In this document: one piece after another, positions 37,285-47,584 of the stretch
Position numbering within the stretch: the stretch's first letter is position 1
Layout: every line of letters begins with the position of its first letter
Virus record (IMG/VR): IMGVR_UViG_3300042541_003180
Location: 1 to 64,000 of that record
Length of the DNA stretch: 64,000 nucleotides
Strand: one strand, 5' to 3'
From: a virus
The notes under the pieces: model-generated
Told to the model about the DNA's origin: nothing
Database searches by the model: none
What the model saw: only the letters and a program-made list of their open reading frames with translations
Translations under genes and position numbers: made by a program

Positions 37285-37313
37285 AAAAAAAACCAGGTGA
37301 TTTACCTGGTTTT
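37285..37313 (-). terminator. intrinsic terminator
   Basis: AAAACCAGGT-gattt-ACCTGGTTTT. Confidence 0.7.
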
Positions 37314-37893
37314 ATAAATTATCTAAAAATTCCTTTTCTTCTTTTGTTAAAGAGTCAATACCACTTTCGTTTATTTTATCTAAGATTGTATCGATTTCTA
37401 AACTAACTTGTTTTTTAGTTTTGGATTTAACCTCGCTAACTACTTTAGTTTGTTCAACCTCTGTATTTTTTTCTTGGTTATTTCTTATATGTTCAATCTT
37501 TCTATCTAGAGAAGGCATTTTTATATCATATCCTTTTTCAATATAGAATAAATAAGAGTTTAAAGTATCATCATTCTTAGATACTTTAGGAATTACTACC
37601 GGTTTCATTCTAAATACTCTATCATACTCTTTTTTTGTTACAGGACATACTTCAGGGAAGAAGAAAAACTCTTTATCAAGTAGCTCACCTGTAAATTTAT
37701 TTATATCTTGTTGTTCAACTGCTACAGTCATACCAGTTTCTTGACAAATCCATAATTTTAAGCAACGTTGATTCTTGTATTTTAAAAGAATTTCAAAATC
37801 TATTGAAAGTGTAGTTGATGCTATAAATAGTTGTCTTTGATCCATTGCCTTTAAGTTAAGACAGATTACTTTATTAATATTAAATAAACTCAT
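37312..37893 (-). CDS. hypothetical protein with C-terminal DUF6576-like motif
   Basis: ends IDTILDKINESGIDSLTKEEKEFLDNL; TATATTTG at 37911..37918. Confidence 0.7.
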   Translation of the reverse strand: MSLFNINKVICLNLKAMDQRQLFIASTTLSIDFEILLKYKNQRCLKLWICQETGMTVAVEQQDINKFTGELLDKEFFFFPEVCPVTKKEYDRVFRMKPVVIPKVSKNDDTLNSYLFYIEKGYDIKMPSLDRKIEHIRNNQEKNTEVEQTKVVSEVKSKTKKQVSLEIDTILDKINESGIDSLTKEEKEFLDNL

Positions 37894-37991
37894 ACTCTAT
37901 TTTATTTTTACAAATATACTGATAATTTTTAAAATATCAAAAATTGATACTTATTATTTTATATATATACTAAAAAATTTTTTATATCATA

Positions 37992-40703
37992 ATGAGATAT
38001 TTGAATAAAAGAGAGGATTTTCTTAGAGAAAAAAACTCTAACTCTATAAATAAAATCAAGTCAATAAACGAAGAAGCCGAATTTAACAGTGGACCATTTG
38101 CAAATGACGTTGGCTGGAATGACTCTTTATTGGGTCGTTTGATTAATCATATTATTAGAAAAGCAAGAATTGCTAGAAAAGTTGGACAAATTAAAAAATT
38201 AATAGAAAGGTTACAAGAACAATTTGATTATCTTGTAGATCAATCTACTGTTTTCTCGTTAGGTGATGATAGTCAATTATTATTACTTAGAATAACACTT
38301 TCTTCTTTCTTTAAAGAGTTGATATTTGCGGTTGAGAATGGACGTCCAGTATCTGAATTAATTGGATTAACAGATGGTGCAATCAAAGTGGTTAATAATG
38401 TAAAGGATTTAGATAAGAAAGATGTTTTATTAGAGGAACTTAAAAAATTTAGAGAGTTTTTAAATCAATTTAAAGATGAAGAAGGTTCTGGTGATGATAG
38501 TGGAGAGAATTCTGAAAGTGGTTCTGGTGATGCAGATGCAGAAGGTATAGTTGCAAATAGTTATGGTTTAATGGTTAAGAATTTAAAAGCACTTGCTTTA
38601 ATTTTGGCTAACTATAAAAAAGTTAATACTGGGGCATCAACTGGTACAACTGGTAAACCAAAAGTAACATATATTACTAAAAATGGTGATAAATTAAATC
38701 TAATTCAAAGTGATAATACTAAAAATCCTAAAAAATTAGATATTGCTACTATTAGAAGTAAAAACCCTAAACTAAGTACATATGCAAAAGATGATCAATC
38801 ACTTCCTTCTGGAATGGTTCTTCTTATGGAGGCAGCTGATTCATTTGGTACTGGTGGTTCTGCAAATAGAGGTAAAACTGTTGTTGGTGAAGATCACCTA
38901 ACACAAGCATTCAATAAATTGAAAAAGGATATTGAGGTGTTAATTTCACCTAAAGAAAAAGGTATAGCGGTTGATTATACTTTAATAAATGATATTGCAA
39001 CAAATTCAAATAATACTGATAGTAAAAAACTTATAAAAAATCTTTATAATGAAGTAAATAGATATTTGGTTGGTGATAAGAAAGCAACAATACAAGAAAA
39101 AGATAAACTTTATAACGAGGGTATTGAAATTTTAAATGATAAAAATAAGATTGTTATTATTGCTGAAAAAATTGCTAGATTTTCAAAAAGAGCTCTTCAA
39201 TTTCAGAAAGAAAATTTATATGGTGGTTTAGGAGATTTAAAAGTTCCTTTACAAACATTTGTAACTACTTTACTAGAGATAAATAAAGTACCTATAGTTA
39301 CTGCTAAAAAGGAATCTTTATTTAATTACTCTTCATTTTTAGAAGCAAAAAATATATTACCTTCTGGAACACCAAATTCTAATCCTGGTGCAACTGCGGC
39401 TGTTCCTCAAGGTGGTACTGCAAGTGGTGATGCACAAGGTAAAGAAGGTGATGATGCACAAGGTAAAGAAGGTGGTGATCAAAGTAAAAAAATCTTAGAG
39501 TTTTTTAATCAAACTTGTATAGAAGTTAGAGCATTTACTGCAACTGACGAAGAGATTACTAAATTAAGAGAAGAATTAGAAACCAAGAAGAAAGAGGGTG
39601 GTGAAGTGATTATGAGTATGGATCCTATTATTGAAATAATGAATCTTTTTATCAAAGCTTATAAATTATATACAGTTCAAACAATTACAAAAAGAAGTGA
39701 GAAGGTTGATACAAATACATTATCTGAATATACTTCATTTGGTGGTAATTCAAGTGATGGTGGTGATAGTGGTAGAAATGGTCCTTATAGAAATAATAAA
39801 TTATTTGATGCTTGGGAAGAAGGTGTTAATGAAATAAGAAAAAATCGTAAGTATCAAGTTTTCTTTACTAAGAATGCTAAGTTAAGATTACCAACTGTAC
39901 CTGATCCTAATCCTGCTAAAGCAGATGATTGGGAAATTAAAGATAATGCTGGTATTAACTTTAATAGATTTATAAATGACATATTAGATGGTGAGAAGTT
40001 GTATAAAAGTGGATCTGAAAGAGGTAAAGTTGCAGTATTTGTTGATTCATATTTTGGAGAAGGTGCAGTAACTAAAAACGGTGAGGGTGCCATGGCAACA
40101 TTAGATGAGAAGGATCTTACTGATGCTGCTACATTAGAAAATTCTAAACAGAAATTGAGTTTAGAATTAGGTAAAATTAATCCTGCTCTTAAAGGAGTTG
40201 ATTTAAAGGCAAACACAATTTTTACAATTACTTATAAAAACGAAGATGATGTAGTTAAACAAAGAACATTTTTAATTCATGAAGTTTCAGGTGGTAATAT
40301 ATATATGTCATATACCTTAATTAATTATTATAAAAATAAGTACTTGAATAGAATGAATGGAACTCAAAAAGATATACTCAAAGGAACATTTCCTGTGAAT
40401 TTGGCAAATGATGGTACACTAGCTCCTAAATATACTATGGTTAAGGTAAATGAGTTTGATAACATTTTCAAACCAAATAATACAATAACTGTTTCTTCAG
40501 TTGATAATGATGGTACAGTAACTTCACCTGTATTTAAAGGTATTTCTGAGATTTATTGGTTAGTTTATACAGAAAATAAAAAGATTTATACTATTGATGA
40601 TACTACTGAACCAAAATTAGCTAATCTTATTTTACAAGCAGGTAATAAACCTTGTAAAACAACAGTTAATTCTAAATCTGGTATTCAAATTAAAAAATCA
40701 TAA
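37992..40703 (+). CDS. large N-tagged putative virion/ejection protein with a degenerate LysM domain
   Basis: MRYLNKREDFLRE..INE; YITKNGDKL..I.....I..KNP......L.SG.VL; low-complexity linkers. Confidence 0.65.
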   Translation: MRYLNKREDFLREKNSNSINKIKSINEEAEFNSGPFANDVGWNDSLLGRLINHIIRKARIARKVGQIKKLIERLQEQFDYLVDQSTVFSLGDDSQLLLLRITLSSFFKELIFAVENGRPVSELIGLTDGAIKVVNNVKDLDKKDVLLEELKKFREFLNQFKDEEGSGDDSGENSESGSGDADAEGIVANSYGLMVKNLKALALILANYKKVNTGASTGTTGKPKVTYITKNGDKLNLIQSDNTKNPKKLDIATIRSKNPKLSTYAKDDQSLPSGMVLLMEAADSFGTGGSANRGKTVVGEDHLTQAFNKLKKDIEVLISPKEKGIAVDYTLINDIATNSNNTDSKKLIKNLYNEVNRYLVGDKKATIQEKDKLYNEGIEILNDKNKIVIIAEKIARFSKRALQFQKENLYGGLGDLKVPLQTFVTTLLEINKVPIVTAKKESLFNYSSFLEAKNILPSGTPNSNPGATAAVPQGGTASGDAQGKEGDDAQGKEGGDQSKKILEFFNQTCIEVRAFTATDEEITKLREELETKKKEGGEVIMSMDPIIEIMNLFIKAYKLYTVQTITKRSEKVDTNTLSEYTSFGGNSSDGGDSGRNGPYRNNKLFDAWEEGVNEIRKNRKYQVFFTKNAKLRLPTVPDPNPAKADDWEIKDNAGINFNRFINDILDGEKLYKSGSERGKVAVFVDSYFGEGAVTKNGEGAMATLDEKDLTDAATLENSKQKLSLELGKINPALKGVDLKANTIFTITYKNEDDVVKQRTFLIHEVSGGNIYMSYTLINYYKNKYLNRMNGTQKDILKGTFPVNLANDGTLAPKYTMVKVNEFDNIFKPNNTITVSSVDNDGTVTSPVFKGISEIYWLVYTENKKIYTIDDTTEPKLANLILQAGNKPCKTTVNSKSGIQIKKS
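39428..39474 (+). repeat. 24-bp-period tandem repeat encoding DAQGKEG twice
   Basis: tgatgcacaaggtaaagaaggtg occurs twice. Confidence 0.8.
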
Positions 40704-41233
40704 TGAGACATTTAAAGAATTATAAGTTATTTTTAGAAGCAGATGGTATAAGTATTCCAATTGAACAAACTGATCCAGTTGATATTAAGATGAATAAACA
40801 AAGTATGGAAACTCTTAGTAAACAACTAGCTGATTATAAAACTAAACGACCTCAAATTGATAATGTTTACAAAAACATTAAAGATTCAGTTCAATTAGAA
40901 AGAGAATTGGTTAGAATATTAGGAGATCAAGCAATTCAAAATGGTCCTGATAGAAATCCATTTCTTGTTGAATATTCAACTTTAGCTAGAATGCAAAGTG
41001 ATTTATTAAAAATGGAACAAGAAAATAAAAATTATCAAGAAGAGCTAAAATTATCTACTGATGCTACTACAAAACAAGCTGTTAATACAAAGATACAAGA
41101 GTTGGTACAGAAAGTTAATAAAACAAAGACTGATTTTACGTTCGCTGAGAAGAAGCACAAAGATAATTTAGCTAAAATTGAAAAGGATATGAAAGAAAAT
41201 ATCACAAAAATATCTAATGTTAATCAAAAATAG
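40703..41233 (+). CDS. N-tagged coiled-coil protein
   Basis: MRHLKNYKLFLE|A; coupled to the upstream stop codon. Confidence 0.7.
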   Translation: MRHLKNYKLFLEADGISIPIEQTDPVDIKMNKQSMETLSKQLADYKTKRPQIDNVYKNIKDSVQLERELVRILGDQAIQNGPDRNPFLVEYSTLARMQSDLLKMEQENKNYQEELKLSTDATTKQAVNTKIQELVQKVNKTKTDFTFAEKKHKDNLAKIEKDMKENITKISNVNQK

Positions 41234-41255
41234 AAAAAATATGATTTTTTTCTTT

Positions 41256-41264
41256 TAATATATA
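41256..41264 (+). promoter_or_regulatory. putative late promoter TAATATATA of the tail sheath gene
   Basis: 28 nt upstream of the sheath ATG. Confidence 0.6.
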
Positions 41265-41292
41265 CATTAAACTAAAAAATTAAAATAAAAAT

Positions 41293-44200
41293 ATGGCAAT
41301 TCAAATTGGAAAATACAAAAGACCTGGTATCTTCATCGAAGAAATTGACAAGTCAGTATTCAGCACACCTACAGTAGAAGGAATAACTAACCTTATAATA
41401 GGAGTTTCTAAAAAAGGACCTGTTAATACACCGATTAGATTAACAACGGTTAACGACTTAGAAGCGGTTTATGGTCAATTAGATAGAAACTTGGAAAGAA
41501 AAGGATCTTTTTTCCACAGAACTGTTTCTAAAATGTTAGAATCATCTCCTGTTTTTGCGATGAACGTGTTATTAACGGATGATACATTAGATGTTATTGA
41601 GTATAAATCATTATCTTCTTCTGCACGTTATCTTAATGATATTAAAAGAGAAGGTCCTTATAGAAGATTCTTTGATACAACTGGTTTCTGGAAGAGAGAT
41701 ACTGAGGCTTTCATTAATCTAACAAAAAATAACTCTGGTTATGCAGAAAGAGCATTAAGCTTTACTAACTTATCAGACAGATACGTTACTGTATTTGCTG
41801 TTAAAACACAAGTTAGTGGATTTGATAGAACATTACTTGAATGGTATGGTTCTATTGAGAAACTACCACCTTATGTTAATGCTTCAGATTATGCATCTGA
41901 CTATATGGTTGACGTGGTTGTAATCGCAGGTGACTGGTCAGATTACAGAAACTTAGCTGTAGATAACAGATGGGGTCAATATTTTAATTCTGATGGTTTA
42001 ATTAAAGGTGAATTAAGAAACTTTGCAAATGATAGAAATGTTACTTTGTTAGCATATTACGAAGGATTATCATTAATTCCTTACTTTAGAGATTTAGAAG
42101 GAAGAAATATCTTTATTGAAACTACGATTAACAGAGGTACTGATACAACTGGTTTATATTGTGCATTCAATGCTGATTTAGTTGAAGAAGATTACTATAC
42201 AGGTTTAGTTGACCTTATCGGTGGTACTTTAATTGACTCTGCTAATCCATTAATAACACAACAAAAAGAAATTGATTTCTTATCATATAAAGAAACTATT
42301 ATTGAATCAGTTCCATTTACTGCAACTCCTTTGGATTTACCAGGGAACGTTGTTGCATTATTTGGTACAGTATCAAATAATAATAGTGGTTTAGAAGGTC
42401 AAATGCCACACGCTTTTGGTAATCCAAAAGAAACAGGTGTTGTTGTTCATCACTCTAATAGAACTGCTTGGTTTACAGAAGGTGCCGTAGTTGGTGTCAA
42501 TCTTGCTACTGGTGCTAATGTAGATACAGATGGACATTTTAATCATACAAAAACTGGTTCAGGTACATCATCTATATTAAATGTTAAATATACTTCAACT
42601 AACTTTATTGATAATGGATTTGATGTAAGTCCTTACGCTGTAATTGGTGGTCAGTATATTCCTGTTACATATGGTACATATTCATTTAATGTTAAATCTA
42701 CTGACTTTACATACTCTACGTCTGTAGCAACTTACTCAACAGTATTCACATTAAATACAAGTGGAGTTATCTCTAGTGTTACTAGTTATACACCAAATGT
42801 TAGACCAAGTGTATCAACATCTGATATAGTATTGGGTTATATTTCATATAATGTTATAAATGGTGGTTTCTCTGGAACGGCATCATTTCAAGAGATTACT
42901 ATTGCATCAGACCCTACACTAGAAGAATATGTTATTCCTGGTTATGGAGATGATGTATATTTCCAAGCAGGTACAACACCATACCAAGATTTAACTTATG
43001 GTACTAATTCAACAGTACATGATTATTATGTTTATGATTTAAGTAACGAGGTTGGTTATTCACAAGGTGATGTTAGATTGGTGTTCTGGGGAACAGCAGG
43101 ATCTGATGTTAAAAACTATGTACAGTTTAGAAAACTTAAAATGTTTAATAAAATTACTGAGTTTTTAGGTACTTATAAAGATCAAGCAACTATGATTATT
43201 AGTGTAGATGGTTCTGGTAAAGAAGTTAAGAAAAGTTTAGCTTCTATGACAGTTACTGAAGTAGTAACTTCTTCAACACAAAATAAATCTTTGGTATTAA
43301 AAACTGGATTATCAAATGTTTCTTATATCTCTGGTGCAAATGGTGGTGTATTTAAAATCTATAAAAACGATAATGAGTTTATTTTAGGTAGTGATAAATT
43401 ACGTACTAAAGATGAACCTGCAAATACTAATATTGGTGTTGTTGGTAAGTATTCAACTTTCTACCAAAAATACTTTAATGGTTTAATTAGTGATGGTGAT
43501 TATTTCTATGCAAATAGATTATTAACTACTGCAGATAAAGATACATTGAACGATGAGTTTGTAGATGGTGGTGGTAATTTTACAACTACTATAAATGTTA
43601 CATTTGTTAATGGTGAGGCAACTCCTGATCCTACAGTAATTAATATTACAAGTCCTTATGCAGGATATAACTATGTTGTATTTGAAACTCCAAGTGTCAG
43701 TGCTTCAACTGCAGTAAGTAATTTAGATTTACAAATTTTAGATCAAATTTTATTCCCTGTATCACTTAATAATACTACTTCATTAACAATACAACAAAAT
43801 AGTGTTAATTCTTCACAGGGTGCTGTTGCTTTAGCAACTGCTTTAGGGTTTACCGGTAGTAATTTCTTCGCATATGAGGTAGCAGAGAATGTTACTTACG
43901 AAGAATTAACAGGAGTTACTATGATGTATAATACATTAGAAAGTGCTGCAATGAAGTCTTATTTACAAATGTTTGTAGATTTAGATGGTTTATTAGAAGT
44001 TTCATTTACTAGTGATGATTTAATATCAATTAATTCAATTGAACCAGTTGCTAACTATACATTTAATGTTCAATCTGAATTAAGTAACTTAAAACAAACA
44101 CTTGAGATTGAATTACCTACTGGATATACTCAAGTACAAAACAAAATATTAGTTAATGCATCAAGATATAGTGAAGTAAAAGTTGGTGATTTCTTATTAG

Positions 44201-45459
44201 CAGATAATAGTGATTTCACTCCTGCATTAGGACAAACAAACCTAAGAAACTTAACAAGAATCTTGAGTAAAAGACAATATGCTGGTGATACTAGTTTAAC
44301 TGAGATTACTTGTGATGCTAAAATCTTAAAAACATCATATACTAATCCTCTAACTGGTTTATTAGATTATCAAACAACAAGATACTCAACAGTTGACCAA
44401 TATACAACGACATATAAAGGTATTTCTTTAAAAGGATTTAGAGTTAGACAAGCTTCTTTACCTGATGGTACTGAAACTAAACAAAATCAAATCTTAAACT
44501 TGATTGCAAAAGGAACACCATTGTTCAAAGCGTTAATTAATAAAGAAGCATTTGACTTTAGATATTTAGTTGACTCATTTGGTTTAGGTTTAACTGAAAG
44601 ATCAAAACAACAATTAGTAGATATTTGTGGTGAGAGATTGAATGTATTTGGTTTCATTAATATGCCATCATTAAAATCATTCAAAAACTCTTCATCTCCA
44701 AGTTTCGTAAACACAGAAGGAGTATTACAAGTAGATTTTATTGCTAAAGGTGGAGACCCAGAAAGTAATCCTGCATTCCTTTACTCATTCGGTGATGGAA
44801 ATGGAGTATCAACAGTTGGTTATTTCACTCCTTATGTAACAGTAAATGATAATGGTAGACCATTAGATTTTCCACCTGCTGCATATGTTGCGACAACTTA
44901 TATGAGAAAACATACTTCTATTGTAAGTAATATTACACCTTGGACAATTGCTGCTGGTGTTACAAATGGTAGAGTTACTAATATTGCTGGTGTTGAACAC
45001 GATTTCAACCCAACAGATATTGAGTTCTTAAACCAAGCACAAATGAACCCAATTGTATTGAAAAGAAACAGAGGATATGTAATTGAGACTGAGAATACTG
45101 CATTAACAATCTACAAATCAGCATTATCTTTAATCCACGTGAGAGAAGTATTAGTTGAGTTAGAAAGAGAACTTGCTGCAATGTTGCTTGATTACCAATG
45201 GAAGTTTAATACTCCTGATGTTAGAGCTGAAATTAAATTAAGAGCTGATGTTATTTGTGAAACTTATGTAAACAAAAATGGTTTATATAACTACTTCAAC
45301 AAAATGGATGACGAGAATAATACAGTTGATATTATCGATAGTCAAATTGGAGTTCTTGATACTTATGTAGAACCAATCAAAGGTATGGGTATCATTGTAA
45401 ACAATGTTACAATTTTAAGAACTGGTGCTATTGCAGCTGGTGGTTTCATCAACGCATAA
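41293..45459 (+). CDS. contractile tail sheath protein with large insertion domains
   Basis: N-terminal PGIFIEEID...G.S.KGP.N.P; C-terminal PPA.YVA, W..AAG..NG, L.....NPI, SALS.IHVR..L, FN....R. Confidence 0.9.
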   Translation: MAIQIGKYKRPGIFIEEIDKSVFSTPTVEGITNLIIGVSKKGPVNTPIRLTTVNDLEAVYGQLDRNLERKGSFFHRTVSKMLESSPVFAMNVLLTDDTLDVIEYKSLSSSARYLNDIKREGPYRRFFDTTGFWKRDTEAFINLTKNNSGYAERALSFTNLSDRYVTVFAVKTQVSGFDRTLLEWYGSIEKLPPYVNASDYASDYMVDVVVIAGDWSDYRNLAVDNRWGQYFNSDGLIKGELRNFANDRNVTLLAYYEGLSLIPYFRDLEGRNIFIETTINRGTDTTGLYCAFNADLVEEDYYTGLVDLIGGTLIDSANPLITQQKEIDFLSYKETIIESVPFTATPLDLPGNVVALFGTVSNNNSGLEGQMPHAFGNPKETGVVVHHSNRTAWFTEGAVVGVNLATGANVDTDGHFNHTKTGSGTSSILNVKYTSTNFIDNGFDVSPYAVIGGQYIPVTYGTYSFNVKSTDFTYSTSVATYSTVFTLNTSGVISSVTSYTPNVRPSVSTSDIVLGYISYNVINGGFSGTASFQEITIASDPTLEEYVIPGYGDDVYFQAGTTPYQDLTYGTNSTVHDYYVYDLSNEVGYSQGDVRLVFWGTAGSDVKNYVQFRKLKMFNKITEFLGTYKDQATMIISVDGSGKEVKKSLASMTVTEVVTSSTQNKSLVLKTGLSNVSYISGANGGVFKIYKNDNEFILGSDKLRTKDEPANTNIGVVGKYSTFYQKYFNGLISDGDYFYANRLLTTADKDTLNDEFVDGGGNFTTTINVTFVNGEATPDPTVINITSPYAGYNYVVFETPSVSASTAVSNLDLQILDQILFPVSLNNTTSLTIQQNSVNSSQGAVALATALGFTGSNFFAYEVAENVTYEELTGVTMMYNTLESAAMKSYLQMFVDLDGLLEVSFTSDDLISINSIEPVANYTFNVQSELSNLKQTLEIELPTGYTQVQNKILVNASRYSEVKVGDFLLADNSDFTPALGQTNLRNLTRILSKRQYAGDTSLTEITCDAKILKTSYTNPLTGLLDYQTTRYSTVDQYTTTYKGISLKGFRVRQASLPDGTETKQNQILNLIAKGTPLFKALINKEAFDFRYLVDSFGLGLTERSKQQLVDICGERLNVFGFINMPSLKSFKNSSSPSFVNTEGVLQVDFIAKGGDPESNPAFLYSFGDGNGVSTVGYFTPYVTVNDNGRPLDFPPAAYVATTYMRKHTSIVSNITPWTIAAGVTNGRVTNIAGVEHDFNPTDIEFLNQAQMNPIVLKRNRGYVIETENTALTIYKSALSLIHVREVLVELERELAAMLLDYQWKFNTPDVRAEIKLRADVICETYVNKNGLYNYFNKMDDENNTVDIIDSQIGVLDTYVEPIKGMGIIVNNVTILRTGAIAAGGFINA

Positions 45460-45475
45460 TCACTTAATAAATATT

Positions 45476-45506
45476 AAAAACCCTTAGAGAAATCTAAGGG
45501 TTTTTT
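45476..45506 (+). terminator. intrinsic terminator after the sheath gene
   Basis: AAAAACCCTTAGA-gaaa-TCTAAGGGTTTTT. Confidence 0.8.
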
Positions 45507-45586
45507 ATTTTAAACCAATTTGTTATTATTTAATATAATAGAGACATTGATTATGTCAATATATAAATAAAAAATAATAATTAATT

Positions 45587-46528
45587 ATGTCAGATACAAA
45601 TAAAGATATGAGCGAAGAAGATTACTTAATGAGACACTTAGGTGATATAGAAGCTGGTAAAAAAAATACAAACACATTTTCTGATAATGTTGCGGAACCT
45701 GTTATTGAAAGTACACGAACAAGTGACTTACAATACTTAACATTTGATGTTAGAGACTTTCCTTGTGGTAAATTCTATCCTGTTGGAACTATGTTTATGG
45801 TTAGAGCTGCACAAGTTAGAGAAATTCAAGCTTACTCTATGGTAGATGATAATAACTTCTATGATGTTGTTGAGAAGATGAATGATATGTTACAAGCTTG
45901 TGTAAGAATTAAATATACTGATGGTAGAGTTGGTTCTTTCTTAGAAGTAAAAGATCAAGATAGAATTTACTTAATCTTTTTAATTAGAGAATTAACATTC
46001 CAACAAGGTAATTCATTATCTGCAAATGCAAAATGTACTTGTGGACAGGATGTTGCAATTGAATTAAAAAGAGAAAACTTTAGATTTCATAAAATAGATG
46101 AGAAATTGGATAGATTCTATTCACCTGCATCAAATTCGTTCTCATTTAAAACAATTAATGGAGGTCAGTTTGAAGTTACTCCACCAAATATAGGATTACA
46201 AAAAGCATTTACTGATTATATTATCAAAGAAAATAATGAGAAAAAAGCTCCTAATTTATCTTTCTTAAAAATCATTCCATTTATGTTAAATGGAAGAACA
46301 TCTATTACTATGGATGGTATTAAAGCAAAGTTAACAGAGTTTGAACAAATGGATGATATTTCATTCCAGTTCTTAAATGCTGCAATCGGTAAAATGACTT
46401 TTGGAATCGAAAAATTAGGTAAGATTTGTAGTTGTGGTGAGGAGGTTACCACAGAAATGCAGTTTCCCAACGGAACGTCAGGTATTTTCGTTATTCATGA
46501 TGCCTTTGAAGCATATATTAAAGAATAA
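45587..46528 (+). CDS. baseplate hub assembly protein (T4 gp26-like)
   Basis: P.G.FY, R...V.E, DR.YL...IR..T, two CxCG motifs; location between sheath and tube genes. Confidence 0.65.
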   Translation: MSDTNKDMSEEDYLMRHLGDIEAGKKNTNTFSDNVAEPVIESTRTSDLQYLTFDVRDFPCGKFYPVGTMFMVRAAQVREIQAYSMVDDNNFYDVVEKMNDMLQACVRIKYTDGRVGSFLEVKDQDRIYLIFLIRELTFQQGNSLSANAKCTCGQDVAIELKRENFRFHKIDEKLDRFYSPASNSFSFKTINGGQFEVTPPNIGLQKAFTDYIIKENNEKKAPNLSFLKIIPFMLNGRTSITMDGIKAKLTEFEQMDDISFQFLNAAIGKMTFGIEKLGKICSCGEEVTTEMQFPNGTSGIFVIHDAFEAYIKE

Positions 46529-46751
46529 ATTATTGCTTCAAAAACACTTCCATACACAAGAATCCGCAATGGATTTGTGGCCTTTTTGGATGCTTGAAGA
46601 AAACATTAAATTAGTTAATGAAATTCTTGAAGAAGAAGATAGTAATAAGAAGAAGGAAGAAGAATCTCAAAGAGGTTCAATGCCAGATACGAGTTCTATG
46701 ATGAGAAATGCTCAGAGTATGACAAACAATATGCAAATGCCAAAATTCTAA
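46497..46751 (+). CDS. small baseplate hub assembly catalyst-like protein (gp51-like; start revised from 46434)
   Basis: L.KH......D.WP.W.....I......EEE pattern, overlapping the end of the gp26-like gene. Confidence 0.45.
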   Translation: MMPLKHILKNKLLLQKHFHTQESAMDLWPFWMLEENIKLVNEILEEEDSNKKKEEESQRGSMPDTSSMMRNAQSMTNNMQMPKF

Positions 46752-46754
46752 AAT

Positions 46755-46784
46755 AAAAAAAACTCATCGAAAGATGAGTTTTTT
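46755..46784. terminator. bidirectional intrinsic terminator
   Basis: AAAAAACTCATC-gaaa-GATGAGTTTTTT. Confidence 0.75.
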
Positions 46785-46802
46785 ATTTTTATAAAGTTCT
46801 TA

Positions 46803-47426
46803 TTAATAACCTGAAACCAACGGTGGGCTGATTGTAAAGTTGTTATCAATATACTCATCAATGAAGTAATCATATGTGAAATCTGCTAATACAGTTTCAA
46901 TGATGTTATTTTGTGACCAGTCTAAGTCATAACCTTGTAATTTAGTTATTTGACAGTTTTGGAATGTTACTCTTCTTAATACAACACCTTTTTTATCGTG
47001 TTGATTAACAATAATAGTACCAATAATATCACTCTTATAACTAAGAGCTCCATTTTGAGAGTTAAATACTAAGTCATACCAAGCTTTCATTGTATTCCAA
47101 TTCTCCATAGATCCTTGTTGATTAACATTTACCTGTACAGGTATTTGTATAGTCCCAGAAGTTTTGGTAGGAGTTGTAACGAACTCTCTTGTAGAGTATT
47201 TGAACCTTTGTTGTTTAGTGGCAACACCTTCAAACTCAGTTAAGTTTAAAGAAACTTTAGTTGCATTTTGTAACAACAAGATCGGGTCTCTACCTTGTGC
47301 TTGTAAGATAACAGGTAATATAAATGTTATCTCAAATAGGTTTAAATATACTACTTCATCTGGTAGTGTACCTGGCCCCCCAGGTGAACCTACTCCTTGT
47401 AATTGGGTAAAGTGAGGTAATGGCAT
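46803..47426 (-). CDS. tail tube protein (T4 gp19-like)
   Basis: N.FEI.F.LP, W.DL.FN...G.....DI, DK.G...R..T, LDW, ..F.YD pattern; near the sheath gene. Confidence 0.8.
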   Translation of the reverse strand: MPLPHFTQLQGVGSPGGPGTLPDEVVYLNLFEITFILPVILQAQGRDPILLLQNATKVSLNLTEFEGVATKQQRFKYSTREFVTTPTKTSGTIQIPVQVNVNQQGSMENWNTMKAWYDLVFNSQNGALSYKSDIIGTIIVNQHDKKGVVLRRVTFQNCQITKLQGYDLDWSQNNIIETVLADFTYDYFIDEYIDNNFTISPPLVSGY

Positions 47427-47584
47427 GTCTTTTTTAATTATTTTTTGTTTAACTTGATTAACAAATTATTAAAATTATATATTAATCTTTTGGTATTCTC
47501 TATGATGTATATATTATAATAAAAAAGTGATTTTTTTCTAACTTTGTAGATAAATATCATATAAATAAAAAAGAATTTTTATTA

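Noticed and set aside
46434-46528. Possible programmed frameshift joining the gp26-like gene and the overlapping downstream ORF
   Set aside because: No canonical slippery heptamer is visible, and in-frame ATGs at 46497 and 46500 explain the overlap.
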